A DNA stretch of 64,000 nucleotides from Lama glama (Eukaryota), in the NCBI GenBank assembly GCA_028534125.1, contig CM052816.1:97404001-97468000 (forward strand), read 5' to 3'. Made by a program: the position numbers and the translations under genes. The notes beneath the pieces are model-generated. The model did not search any database. It had not been told where the DNA came from and worked only from the letters and a program-made list of their open reading frames with translations. Positions 25,215 to 36,199 of this stretch are shown one piece after another (position 1 is the first letter of the stretch; the number at the start of each line of letters is the position of its first letter).

Positions 25215-25439
25215 CAGCCGGAGCGCGAAGAAGACGGCGAGCAGGGCGAGGCAGGCGCCCATGACGATGAGCAGCAGGAAGACGATGAGCGGGTGCTGCT
25301 GGCTCATGCAGTAGTAGGACTCGTACAGCCAGTCCCGGGACCGCTGCAGCCCGTCGCCGCCGCCGCCGCCCGCCGCCGCCGCCGCCGCTTCGGCACGGTC
25401 CCGCAGGTAGCGGCGGCGCCGCATCGCCTCCTGCCACAT
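25215..25439 (-). CDS. ADCY2: Adenylate cyclase 2, coding exon 1 (75 codons)
   Basis: Translates MWQEAMRRRRYLRDRAEAAAAAAGGGGGDGLQRSRDWLYESYYCMSQQHPLIVFLLLIVMGACLALLAVFFALRL, which I recognise as the ADCY2 N-terminus and first TM helix. ATG is at 25439 and the exon ends at a consensus CTG|GTGAGT donor (phase 0). Confidence 0.97.
25356..25388 (-). repeat. Coding (GCG)6(GGC)5 trinucleotide repeat encoding Ala6-Gly5
   Basis: Read directly: + strand (gcc)5(cgc)6 inside exon 1. Confidence 0.95.
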
Positions 25440-25820
25440 CGGGGCGGCTCGCGGGGCGCCCGCCGAGCGCGCCCGGCCGGGGCTGCGCCGCCCGCTCGCC
25501 CGCTGCCGCCCGCGTCCCACCCCCGCGCCGCCTGGGCCGGCCCGGCTGCCCGCGCTCCCGGCAGCGCGCAGGGCCCTCCGGCGCGGGCGGAGCTCGGCGC
25601 CCCGGGCTGGGCGCGCTGACGCGCGGGCGGGGGCCGGGCGGCGGCCTCGGGGGCAGCTCCCGGCGCCGCCGCTGCCGCCACAGCGCAGGAGGGGGCGGGT
25701 GCGACAGGGGGCGCTCGGCCCGCCCCTTCCCCCTACCTCGCGCGGCGCAGCCCGGCCGCCAACCACCGCCGCCCCCCGACGGCCGGGCCGCGCGCTGGGG
25801 GAGGTGGGGGGCTGGCGGAC

Positions 25821-25858
25821 GGGGACGCGGGGCGGGGCGGGGCGGGGCAGAGGGGGGC
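25821..25858. promoter_or_regulatory. Tandem GC boxes (Sp/KLF sites), G-quadruplex-capable
   Basis: ggggacgcggggcggggcggggcggggcagagggggg, about 400 nt upstream of the ADCY2 ATG. Confidence 0.65.
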
Positions 25859-28214
25859 ACGGGCCGCGCCCCGGCCCCGGACGTCCCCCTCTTCGGCCCG
25901 CCCTCACTCAGCTTCAGCGTGGGCCACCTCCTCCCCACTATCCGGGAGCACAGGCTGGGGTGCAGTCAGGGCTGCCCCCGTCCTCTGCACGGCCCCTGAA
26001 CACGTCCTGGGGGTTCCCACGCTCTGTCCCCCCACCTACCACCTCGCTCAGAAGACTACGAGGGCTCCTAAATCCTCTCCAGCTCAAAGTGCTGGGAGGG
26101 GGGGGAACTCTCGCCCTCCAGTCCTCCAGTCCCCCCAGTCTCTGAGTGGGCTGAGGGGGATGGGATGGGGCGGGTGCTCCCACACTCCTTTCCACTTTCT
26201 CAGAGCGTAGCCGGGAGAAGACCTCCCATCCTTTAGTAGCCCCTACTCAGAGAACAGCAGGGACTCCCTCCTTTTCACCATCTGGGCGCTAGGAGAAGGG
26301 GTTCTCCTTCCCTCCGCACCCCTTTAGTGGGCAGGGGTTTCCCACTCTCCTCTTCATCTCAGTAAAGCAGGCTTGGTGGTGGGGGTGTGAGTCCCACGCT
26401 CCTCCTATCTCAGAGGGCGGGGCGACTTCCCTGCGGGGGACGGAAAGGCGCGAGGGGACGAGGGGACCCCTTGGCAGAGAACAGCCCCAAATGCGCAATG
26501 GAGCAGGGAGGCGGGTGTGACCGAACGCTGCACCCCGCCACGTCCTCCGGTAGGGAGCCTCACTAGCGCCCTGCAGTTTCTGCTTGTCACTTTGGGGGTA
26601 CCGGAGGTGGCAAGGTTTTCTGCATCGGAGTTTAGGGGAGCCCTCTGGCGGGTCCAAGATCCCCGGCGAGCCCCTGCTGTGCGGCAGGGAAGACGGTGAG
26701 GGCGCGCCAGGGGAAAGCGAGCGGCTGGGCGCGGGGGAGGGCGGAGTCGGCTCAGGGATTGTCTCCCTCCACGCCACCTTGGGGACTGGGCGCGGGGGGC
26801 GCTAGAGACCGGGCTGGCGCTGCGTGGGGACAGGCGTGTAGCAGGGCAGCGCCCCCTCCCACCCGCCACACGCCTGGGAGCCGAGACGCCGGCCCTCTCC
26901 CTGGGCGGCAGGGGCGCTCACTGGCGCTCTCCAAGGGAGCCCACCCTTCTGGAGGCTTCCTCCTATTCAAACGCTGTCTGGCCCCAAGGCCCGCAAACCC
27001 CACCTCCTCCCCAAGCCTAAGGAATCCGAGGCACCGCGACCCTCCCGTCTCGTGCGAACAGCAAACAGCCCAGGAGGTGGCTGCTACGTACTTGTTTCCT
27101 CAGGAGGCGACCAGCGCAGTGAGGGCGGAGGTCGGGAGGTCTGAGCCCGGGGCACCAACTAGCACATGAAGAACCTTCGCGAACTGCCCTTTTGCCCGCG
27201 TGGGCCCTCCTGTCCCCCTGCCGGGCGAGGGCACTGAGCTGGGTAACTGCATGCCCCCAGTGACCATAAGACCCAGGCCACCAAGGGGCCCTGGAGCCTT
27301 ACAGGGGCTTAATTTTTAGCCTAGGTTAATACCTGTTCTGCTCAGGGCGTGTAGACCGGAGAAAGGCGACCCTCCGCCACTGGCCGCCCGAGACCTCGGC
27401 TGGGGGGCGGGGAGGGGGCGGGAGGGGCGTGTCCCGGGCCCTGGACGCCCCGCAGGCGGCCCTGCCCCTCGGGGCTCCTCCTGGTCCTGCGTCTTTCTCC
27501 TGACCTCCTGCCCTCCTCCTGACCTGGAGAGCAGGAGAAACGGGAGGGGGCAACGGATGGGAGAAGACCCCTACCCTGGACGTCTCCTGGACGTCAGGAG
27601 AACGGAGCTCCCTTCTTCCTAGAGCTGCGCATCTGCCACCCGCACCCACCTTGCCTGCTCTCCCGTTTAACCCCCACACCGGGCTGTATAGACTGTAACT
27701 CGGGTAATTCCAACCTCAACCTTTCCCCGCGGGTCCAGACTCCATCCTTGGCCTCAGTTCTTTCTCTTGGACCAGGGGATTTTAGGGTTTGCAAGCCAGC
27801 ACTGATGGAAGAGCCTGGTCTCTCCCAAGGAAGCCCAGGGAGCGGGAAGTTAGACGCAGCCTCTGTGGGATTGACTCTCCCTCCTGCTCAGCCCGAGGTC
27901 TGTGCGCATTTCCGGTCTTTTCGTGGTAGAGCCACATCTTCTCTCCAATTCTCAATGTCTCTTCATCCTTCGTATCGATAAACAGCTGCCTTTGCCCACT
28001 CTGGAAAGAAGAAAAAGTGAATAATCGGTAATTTAGGTTTATGGTAAAAAGGACTGCAAGACTTGTGAGGGAAAAGTACATGTTTAATTATTTTCTCGTC
28101 TCTAGTGGGGAAGTGAGGCATTTTTGTATTTTGGAGTGAAAGCGTCTTTAAATTCTATAGTGCTTTACAATTTTCAAAAGTTTCACACACATGATTTCTT
28201 ACAATCCCCTAATA

Positions 28215-28490
28215 ACCCTTTTTTTCAACCCTCTACCCCTAGACTGTCCTTCCCCCCACTCCTCTCCTGATTGGTAACCACTAGTTCATTCTGTATATCT
28301 GTGAGTCTGCTTTTATTCACTAGTTTGTTGTGTTTTTTAGATTCCACATATAAGTGATGTCATACAGTCTTTGTCTTTCTCTGTCTGATTTACTTCACTT
28401 AGCGTAATGCTCTCCAAGTCCATCCATGTTGCACAAATGGCAAATTTTCATTCTTTTTAATGGCTGAGTAGTAGTCTACATACACCACAT
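28215..28490 (-). mobile_element. L1 3' UTR fragment
   Basis: ggtaaccactagttc...ttttttagattccacatataagtgat...ttcattctttttaatggctgagtagtag. Confidence 0.85.
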
Positions 28491-28665
28491 GAAAATGGGA
28501 AGGTTTTAACAACCAGTATCTATACCATATATACATATTCTCCACATGGTAAAAGGGGTTGTTGTAAGATATTTAGGAGATCTTGTTAAGTATAATAGCA
28601 AAGTATAATTTAAAGAGACTCTGCATGGAGAGAATTTTGCACCTGACCCCTATAAGATTTTTTTA

Positions 28666-28730
28666 TCACTCATTCTTTCATTAATTTATTCAACAAATAT
28701 TTATTTTGTGCCTATCATATGCCAGATGTT
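28666..28730 (-). mobile_element. L2 3' end
   Basis: tcactcattctttcattaatttattcaacaaatatttattttgtgcctatcatatgccag. Confidence 0.65.
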
Positions 28731-29454
28731 CAGGGGGGGAAGCATGGACCATGCCTAGGACTCTTGAAGGAATGTCCAATGTTCTTTGAAAAGTAGGGCT
28801 ACAAAAACCAAAACATGAGCAAAAATCAACATTCATCCCCTGCTCTCGTACAATTTAAATTTCAGCATCGTAGACAAAGGTCGTGGAAGGAATGTAATAT
28901 AAAAACCAAGCTATATCAGGTTTCCTGAGGTTATATTGGGCTTTTTGGACCTCTGTTGTAGTTTTATGCTTAATACAAAATAAAATATGAACCAATAGAA
29001 TTATTAGAGTTATTCTATCAGCATTTTAGAATCAGTGGCACTAAGTAAACCTTTTAAAAAGTTCACAACAGTTTCTAGTTTGAAGGGAAAAAAGAAAAGA
29101 AAAAAAAATAATAACCCCCAAGCAGCATGAAATGGAATCAAAAATGCCCTTTGGTACAAAGCTGGGAGCATGGAATATAAACTCATGCAACTAAAGGGAC
29201 CCCAAGGAGTTCAATGGTTCATTTCTGTGCCCTTGTGTAGCAGGGCTGGAGAGCAAAGGGGTTCGCCCATAAATTTACTCTGTATCAATTCATTTGTGAC
29301 AAAATGCCCGAAAAAGCTGCGGAAGCTCTAACTGGACCTAAAGGAGTAGGGAAAGAGGGGGAAAAAAAAAAAAAAAAAGAGGAAGCATTAGGAAGGAGAA
29401 ATCATTTTTCCTGCGACACTAGAGGGCAGCCCTCCATCCTTAGAACCCGGAAGG

Positions 29455-29616
29455 CAAAGCAGGCGTCATGCGAGCGTGATTTGTGCCCTTGCACGGGCCC
29501 CATGCTTGGTTTAAGGTTCTGCTGTCACCATCCTGAAATTCTTAATAGATTTTGAACGAGGGGGGTCACCCATTTTTATTTTGCCCTGGGCTCCGCAAAT
29601 TAGAGAGCTGTTCCTG
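29455..29616 (+). mobile_element. MER45A-like hAT-Tip100 DNA transposon
   Basis: gggccccatgcttggtttaaggttctgctgtcaccatcctgaaattcttaata...ttttgccctgggctccgcaaatta...cctg. Confidence 0.7.
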
Positions 29617-31509
29617 CTAGCTGGTGACACTAAACAGGACTCACATCTCTGCCTGCGGTGCAGAGTGAGGGTGAGGTGCAGGCTTGAGTTCAAGCAGGCA
29701 GGCTCCCCCACCTGGGAGCTGCCGGCCACCTGTCCCCTTCTAATCTGATCACTTCTCTCACACACTATGACACACCTGAGTAATTAGAAATCTGTTAACT
29801 AGTTATGCTGCAGGATGGGTTTTTGAATCGATGGCTTTTGCTTTTAAAAATAACCCATCTTCTAGTTCCTATTCCAAATCCAGTTATATTAGCTCAGTCA
29901 ATAAGGACGCCGTTGGGCTCTTCCCAATGTCACAGTTCTCTGATTGATTAAAGGCAGGCGGGCAAACTGTGCCAAGGACAGGCACAGACATGTGCCAACC
30001 CAGAGCATCCTGTAGGGCCGAGCACAGAGTATTTCCCCTCTCCAGCAACTACATCACTACAATTTATATAATAAAGTATGAACAGTATGTCAACAGATTC
30101 ATTATCACCATGAAATATGTTCTGTGTACCTAGATAACATTTACATTTTTATTGAACCAGAGTCTGTGAATACAGAAGCCATACAACCAAAGCCAGCTTG
30201 TGGCTCCTGGAAGTCTCGTTAACTCTTTCAGCTCACTAAGGAACTTTTTTGCAATGCAGTTTTTAGAGCATCCAAGAAAACGTGGCTGAATGGACCCTTA
30301 ATGTATTCCTTTTCTTTCCCATTTGGTGTGGGATGATCTCGACATGTCTTTGAAAAATCCTACTTGCTTGGTGTATTTGATCAATTATTTCTCAGCTGAC
30401 AAAATAGAATAAATATTTCATGGACTCATCTTTAACATCTGATTTCAGGTGACTTACTGGGAGTTACAGTCCTGAATACGTGAGAAGGTGGTACAAGTAT
30501 TTTGAAACAGACCGTTCACAAAATCCCCCTGCCGTTCCCAAGTTTGTTAGGAAAGAACTTGGTTCAAAATCCACCGAGACACTGGAATTCCTTCTGTGAG
30601 TTGTGGGAGGCGTGAGAATAGGTTAATGACTACCAGTCCCAGCACGTCAGCAACCTTGTGTGAGATATTGATTTCTCTGCTCCTGCTCAGAGAATGTAAT
30701 CTAAGAAGTAATGACTCATGGAGCAGAGATGTGTGCTCAGGATTTGTTGCCTAGGGAGGTACCGGAAGAGGGGGCTTATTTACCAAGCTCCAGTGGATAA
30801 TTCAGATATCTTGACTTTTATTTTTATATCCCTTTTAGGTGTCCCTTAAAATAGCCAATGAGAGAATAATTTAATTATACTCTCACACTGATAAATAATG
30901 TACTTTGAGGGATAAGAAACAGTCTGTGTGAAAAACAATGCTAGGACAGAATTGTGACTATTTTTGCCCAGTTCTGAATTCATTCAATTCAAATAACTTA
31001 GCTTAAGATTTTAAGCCACCCCACCATGTTTGATTCATGGTTTTATACTTGAATTCAAAAATAACAAACTCACTTCTTGTATTTACACTGTTGTAAAAAT
31101 TGTCAATATTCTTGTAATAGCTTTCTTAAAGTGCTGGATTTTTGCGTCACCTCTGATACCAACTATATATCCTTAAGGAAGTCATAATCATCTCTGAGCT
31201 TCAATTTATTTCTCTGTAAAGTAAGAAGAATGAACCAATTATTCCAAGGATTTTTCTGACACGTTTATATTACTCTGGGATGGATAAAGGGATGGATTTT
31301 AATCAATGTTTTTAGATCAAGGGGGGAAAAAATCACTTACATTGAATACAAATAAGGAAATTATGCCCTAAGAAAAGTTTCTTAAGTTGTATGTAGGCAT
31401 TTGTTAACAAGTGCTAATTCCTTTGGTATAAATGCAAGAGTGAGCCTGTTCCAGCAGTACGCCATGGCAATCAGTAGACACACATGAATCTTATTTTTGT
31501 ATTAATGTG

Positions 31510-31686
31510 GTCAGTCTTCCCGCACTAGAATTATTAATTAATTTAACTAGAAAAATTAATTAAGGGCAAGAGATTTTGTTTCTTTTGATCACTAGCTATA
31601 CCTCTATTACCTGAAATTTGCCAAACACGTAGTAAATGCTTAATAGATATGGGCTAGATGAATTAATGATTAAATGAATGAATGAA
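31510..31686 (+). mobile_element. L2 3' end
   Basis: agggcaagagattttgtttc...cacgtagtaaatgcttaatagatat...aatgaatgaatgaa. Confidence 0.6.
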
Positions 31687-33361
31687 GACATAAGGTGATT
31701 TTATTCTTTAAAGAAAAGAGTACAGTTGGCAAATAATGCTAGTAGATGACTTTGATCAGAACTCAAGTTGATAGAAATATTGCCCAGGTCCTGAAGAGGT
31801 TATATGCATATAAGTGTTTGCTATTGGCACTACATTCATACTTTTAAAAAATCTCACAATATCTTCAAATCCTAAAATGGCAAGGTTTTCACCCACTATT
31901 GAGCACCTAGTGCTGCCAGTTCTACTCACTCAGTATAGCAAAAGGTCGCAGCCTGTATGAGAAGAGACGCTGAATATGTCCAGGACAAGTGTGTAGAGAA
32001 GTACCATCACAGTTGGTTTTCTCAAGAGAAAAATGAAATCTGGTGCTTTAGCTCCCAGTAATACATCAGGGGCAAAACAATTCCAGGCAGCGAAGACTCA
32101 GGATTTATGAAGTGTCCACTGAAAATCTCATCTACTTTCTGCAGCTGAACCATGGTCGGGAAGTCGACAACAAGGTAGAAGAGGTAAGGTGGAGTGAGGC
32201 GAGTCACCCCCGTGGGCGGTCACTCTAATGCCGAGCGTGCCTGCCCAAACTGAGGGGCGGAAGATGAAGACAACGGCTCAGAAGAAGCTTGTTTTGGTTG
32301 TTGGATTTTGTTTATTATTGCTAACATTTCTGAAAAAAGTAGTATGCTCCTAAATTTAATTCCAAAGATTATGATCCCTGTGAACTGAGTTGTAGATTCC
32401 CTATTACAAATTCAGGAAATTTTGTTCTTAAATGGAAGTTTTCCAAAAGAACCCCAAGTAGAATGTTTAAGGAGCACACTGAGTGTTGCAGCACGTGAGG
32501 TACACAAACATCTTCATACCCACCTCAGGAGGCACTTCCCTTTTAAACGGTCCCCCATCATAGGTGGCAAGTCCAAAACTGAAATTAAAACCATGCCTGC
32601 CAAGCCTTCCTGTCCCTCTGTGACCATCTGTAAGATGACTGAGCTGGGACAAGGACTTGTCCTCCACTCTCTTACTCTGTTACGTGCCAACATCCAAACA
32701 GCCATCGTTCCTCCAACTTTATCACAGTCTCTTCCAAGCCTCCCCTATTTTCCACAGTCCCACTCTCTTGCCTTAGTCAAGTCTTTAGAATCTCTCACCT
32801 GCCTTGCTGCCTGCTCGTATCCATTCCCCCAGTGCTCTGCCTGGAGCCAATATCTGGCCATGCTATGTCCCGTCACCTATGTAAGAAAACCACCTCCAGC
32901 TGTGAAATGCTGGGGCTTGCTAGCAGCAGCCCTGTCAGGTCTCTAATGCCTTCATCCCTCCTGGTTTAAGCTCTAGATGAAGTGAGCTGCATGAAGCCCT
33001 GAGGTCCCCATCCCATCCTCCTTTCTGAAACTACCCACCTGCCTCTTCCTGCCTGGAACGGCACCCCTCCTCTATGCACTATTTAAACAGGGAGACCATC
33101 GGACTGTGATGGTTCTAATGCCTGGATTGCCTGTCTAAGCAAACCAGACCCCAAGCCAGAGCTGATGCACTGACATCTGAGGAAGTGAAACTTAGCACCA
33201 AGCAGCCTTCCAGACTTTCCCAAATAAGAAACCTGCTGAAAGTATAGGCAATCAAATCATTCTCTTCGTTTCTGGGTCTTCTCTGTAAACTCCTTGCCCC
33301 TGATCCTGTTGATGGAACTTGGTGGAGCCTCTTAACTACTTTGGGTTTGGTGCTGCCCTGG

Positions 33362-33536
33362 CAGGGAAGGTATAGCTTAGTGGTAGAGCACGTGTTTATC
33401 ATGCACGAGGTCCTGGGTTCAATCCCCAGTACCTCTGCTAAAATAAGTAAATAAATACATCTAATTACCCCTTCCTCCCCCAAAAAAGAAAGATTATTTA
33501 AAAAAAAAAGAAAGAAAAAGAAAAAACAAGAAAAAA
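33362..33536 (+). mobile_element. Camelid tRNA-derived SINE (Vic-1-like)
   Basis: gggaaggtatagcttagtggtagagc...gaggtcctgggttcaatcccc with Pol III A and B boxes, ctaattacccc tail motif and an A-rich tail. Confidence 0.88.
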
Positions 33537-33553
33537 TATATCACCTTTCATTT

Positions 33554-33692
33554 GGTGGGAGGGTATAGCTCAGTGGTAGAGTGCATGCTTAGCATGCACA
33601 AGGTCCTGGATTTAATCCCCAGTTCCTCCTCTAAAAATAAATAAACCTAATTACCCACCCCCCAAATTTTTAAAAATTAACTTTAAAAAAAA
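33554..33692 (+). mobile_element. Camelid tRNA-derived SINE (Vic-1-like), second copy
   Basis: gggagggtatagctcagtggtagagtgcatgcttagcatgcacaaggtcctggatttaatcccc...aaacctaattaccc. Confidence 0.88.
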
Positions 33693-36199
33693 TTGCCCAA
33701 ATAAACCCTTTAAAATTTTTAATGTGCCTCAACGTAACTTTTCAACACACATACACACTCAGCCATGCACCCTCCCACCACTTCCCGTACCTGGAAAACT
33801 GACGCTCATCACCTGGTGTGGGAATGTCCTTGATGTGCCTCTGCCACCCAGTCTCCACGGGCTGGCTATGTGGCCATGTCAACCCTGATTACTTTCCTAA
33901 AACAGAAAGGCATTATTATCAAACAATATTTTTGGTATTAAAATGTTGAGTAAAAGACATTCTGAAAGGATTTTTTTTAAGTAATGAATTGAAATGAATG
34001 ACTAGCATCCAGTCTTATTTTGTAGTTCATTATTATAAAAGCATGCTAATTTACATTAATATGGGCAAGGATTTCAAAACCCTGGGCTTTTTTTTTTTAG
34101 CATTAACAGAATGTTAAATACATAGATAGTGACTACATTTTAAAATAAAATGAGTTAAATTAAAAAATATTGTCAGAGTAATAAATGATATTTCAAATGA
34201 AGAATCAATTTAGCTTTACAGAAAGAGACAGAATCTGCTTCTGCTGCACCCAAACACCTGAATGCACTTTTCTCAGCTCCCACTTCAGCACCAGGTGGTG
34301 CCTGGGACAGTGGGGAGAAGGGTTGCTGGGTTCATGGGGCCAATCCTTGTAGATTAAATAACCTCCAAATGGCCAGATGTGGTTAACGTGCCAACTCTCT
34401 TTAGACACGCTGCATTTACATAGTTACTGGGAAATGTTGAAGACATTTTCATGCTCAGCAGGCTAAAGCAATAAAAAGGCAATCTTAAATCTAGACTCTC
34501 ATTATTGCACTACAGTCTGATAACTAATACATGAAAAAAAAAAAAAAAGAAACCTGTCTTCCCTGCTATGGTAGAGTTCTCTTCACTGCTAAATATATTT
34601 TCCCCAAGAGCCAACAAGTGAAGGGCTCATCTTAAAAAAATATATACTCAGAAATTAAAAGATATTAATTAATATTAAAATATCTGAACTCAACTATGGA
34701 GAATAGATAGCAAGCTTGGAGTTTGCTCAGTGTTGATTCAAATTTATATCCAGTTACAGTTCTCATATGGAGACAAAAACATGGAATTATATTTAGCCTT
34801 TAAATTGCAAATGCTGAATACAATTATGTCTGTTCTGGACAGAATTTTATAAACCTAAGCTATTAGTTCCCTTTTGCTAACCCTATATTGATGGTGTACA
34901 AAAATATCCACCAGCTTTCTTTACCTTCTTTCAATGGTGTATTGTAGGAAAATCTAAGAGCTAAAGGAGTTGTGAGGGGTGACATCAGGCTCACAAATGT
35001 GAGCGTGTAACAAAATCAGATTCTTCCAAAGATTTCCGCATTACCCATTGGATGTCTTCTTTCATTTGGATTCTTCCAGAATGTTTTCCCTTTCTGTGAG
35101 TGACGTATTCTTGACCCAAACAATATTCAGCTCTTTTCTTTTTGGGGGTCTATTCTGTGTTTCAGTGAATTACATCTAAACAAAAGTGCCCCATGGAATT
35201 TATATGATAAGTTTTGTACTCAAGCTGATACTTAGATTCCTTCCAGAGCCCAGAGTTTAAGAATGGGCTCTGGGTGCTAAAAGGAAAATAAACATTGGCA
35301 TTATTTGTGTGAAGAAATGCTGGATGTGGGTGTATTTCTTATCAAATGTTGACACAACCAAAAGCAGGAGTAGGTACTGGTTCCAACCAACCTTTTAACC
35401 TACTAATCGTTGGATGATTAAACTGTAGGGATGCTTAACAATTTTTTATTAAGCATTTAAAGCAGGATTATTTGTGCTTGTTTATCTTCTTTTGATCACT
35501 GGCTCAGGATTCATAAATAAATTCTCATACAAGTGCACTTTATAATATGAGACCTTTAAGGGGAGGACCACAACTGCTTAGCTGGTCAGACAGCTGGACA
35601 ACCCACCATCATAATCTTGTTTTATTTGTTATTGTTATTTTTACCCTAATACGTATGTAATCCTGTAATCCCTTGAGTTGCCTCTTTTCTCTTAACCAGC
35701 TGGAAGCTTTTCTGTTTCTTAATTGACTGATAATTGATTGAAAACCCACCCACTCCCCTAAGAAGGATTATTGGATTAGTTGCAGTGCTCTGATTGTTCT
35801 ATTTTAAGTAATGCTTAATTAAGAAGTCAATTCTAACTATTTTGGAAATATGTGGGATATGAATTTCAATTCAATAACAGTTAGCAGGAGACAGAAACGA
35901 AAGACAATTAAAATACAGCCAATTTTATTATTAATGAGCTTACAGGAAGCCTAGACTTGATTGCTGAAAGTGTGTATTTAGTTTCTGAAACGAAATTTTA
36001 AAAGTAACCTTGAGATACTAAGATCATAGCAAAGATAGTACACAGTACAGAGCCTGGGGATCAGAAACCCCACGTTGCAGTTTGCTGCATGGAATCTTCT
36101 AGGGAGCCTCTAAAAAATTACAAGGTATAACAAAAAGTCAATACATGTGTTGAATGGGAATTCTAATAACAAGAGACTAATTCTTACAGAAAAAGAAGA

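Larger units (their letters stand above)
24830..27560. promoter_or_regulatory. ADCY2: CpG island / ADCY2 promoter and 5' UTR region
   Basis: Very high GC and dense CpG around exon 1, with a second CpG-rich lobe at ~26400-27500. Boundaries judged by eye; the TSS is not determinable from sequence. Confidence 0.88.

Noticed and set aside
24885..27170. Many overlapping 100-320 aa ORFs on both strands
   Set aside because: Arg/Gly/Pro/Ala-rich products of stop-poor CpG-island sequence; only 25439-25215 matches a known protein and has a proper donor.
31533..31563. AT-rich inverted repeat ttaattaattt...aaattaattaa
   Set aside because: Short, low complexity and within an L2 remnant; expected by chance.
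32422..32946. 174-aa ORF
   Set aside because: Non-ATG start, no recognisable domain, and composition typical of intergenic or L2-like debris.
33362..33630. tRNA-like sequences with A and B boxes (also at 50.3 and 63.1 kb)
   Set aside because: They are SINE heads followed by the family tail motif and A-rich tails, not tRNA genes.
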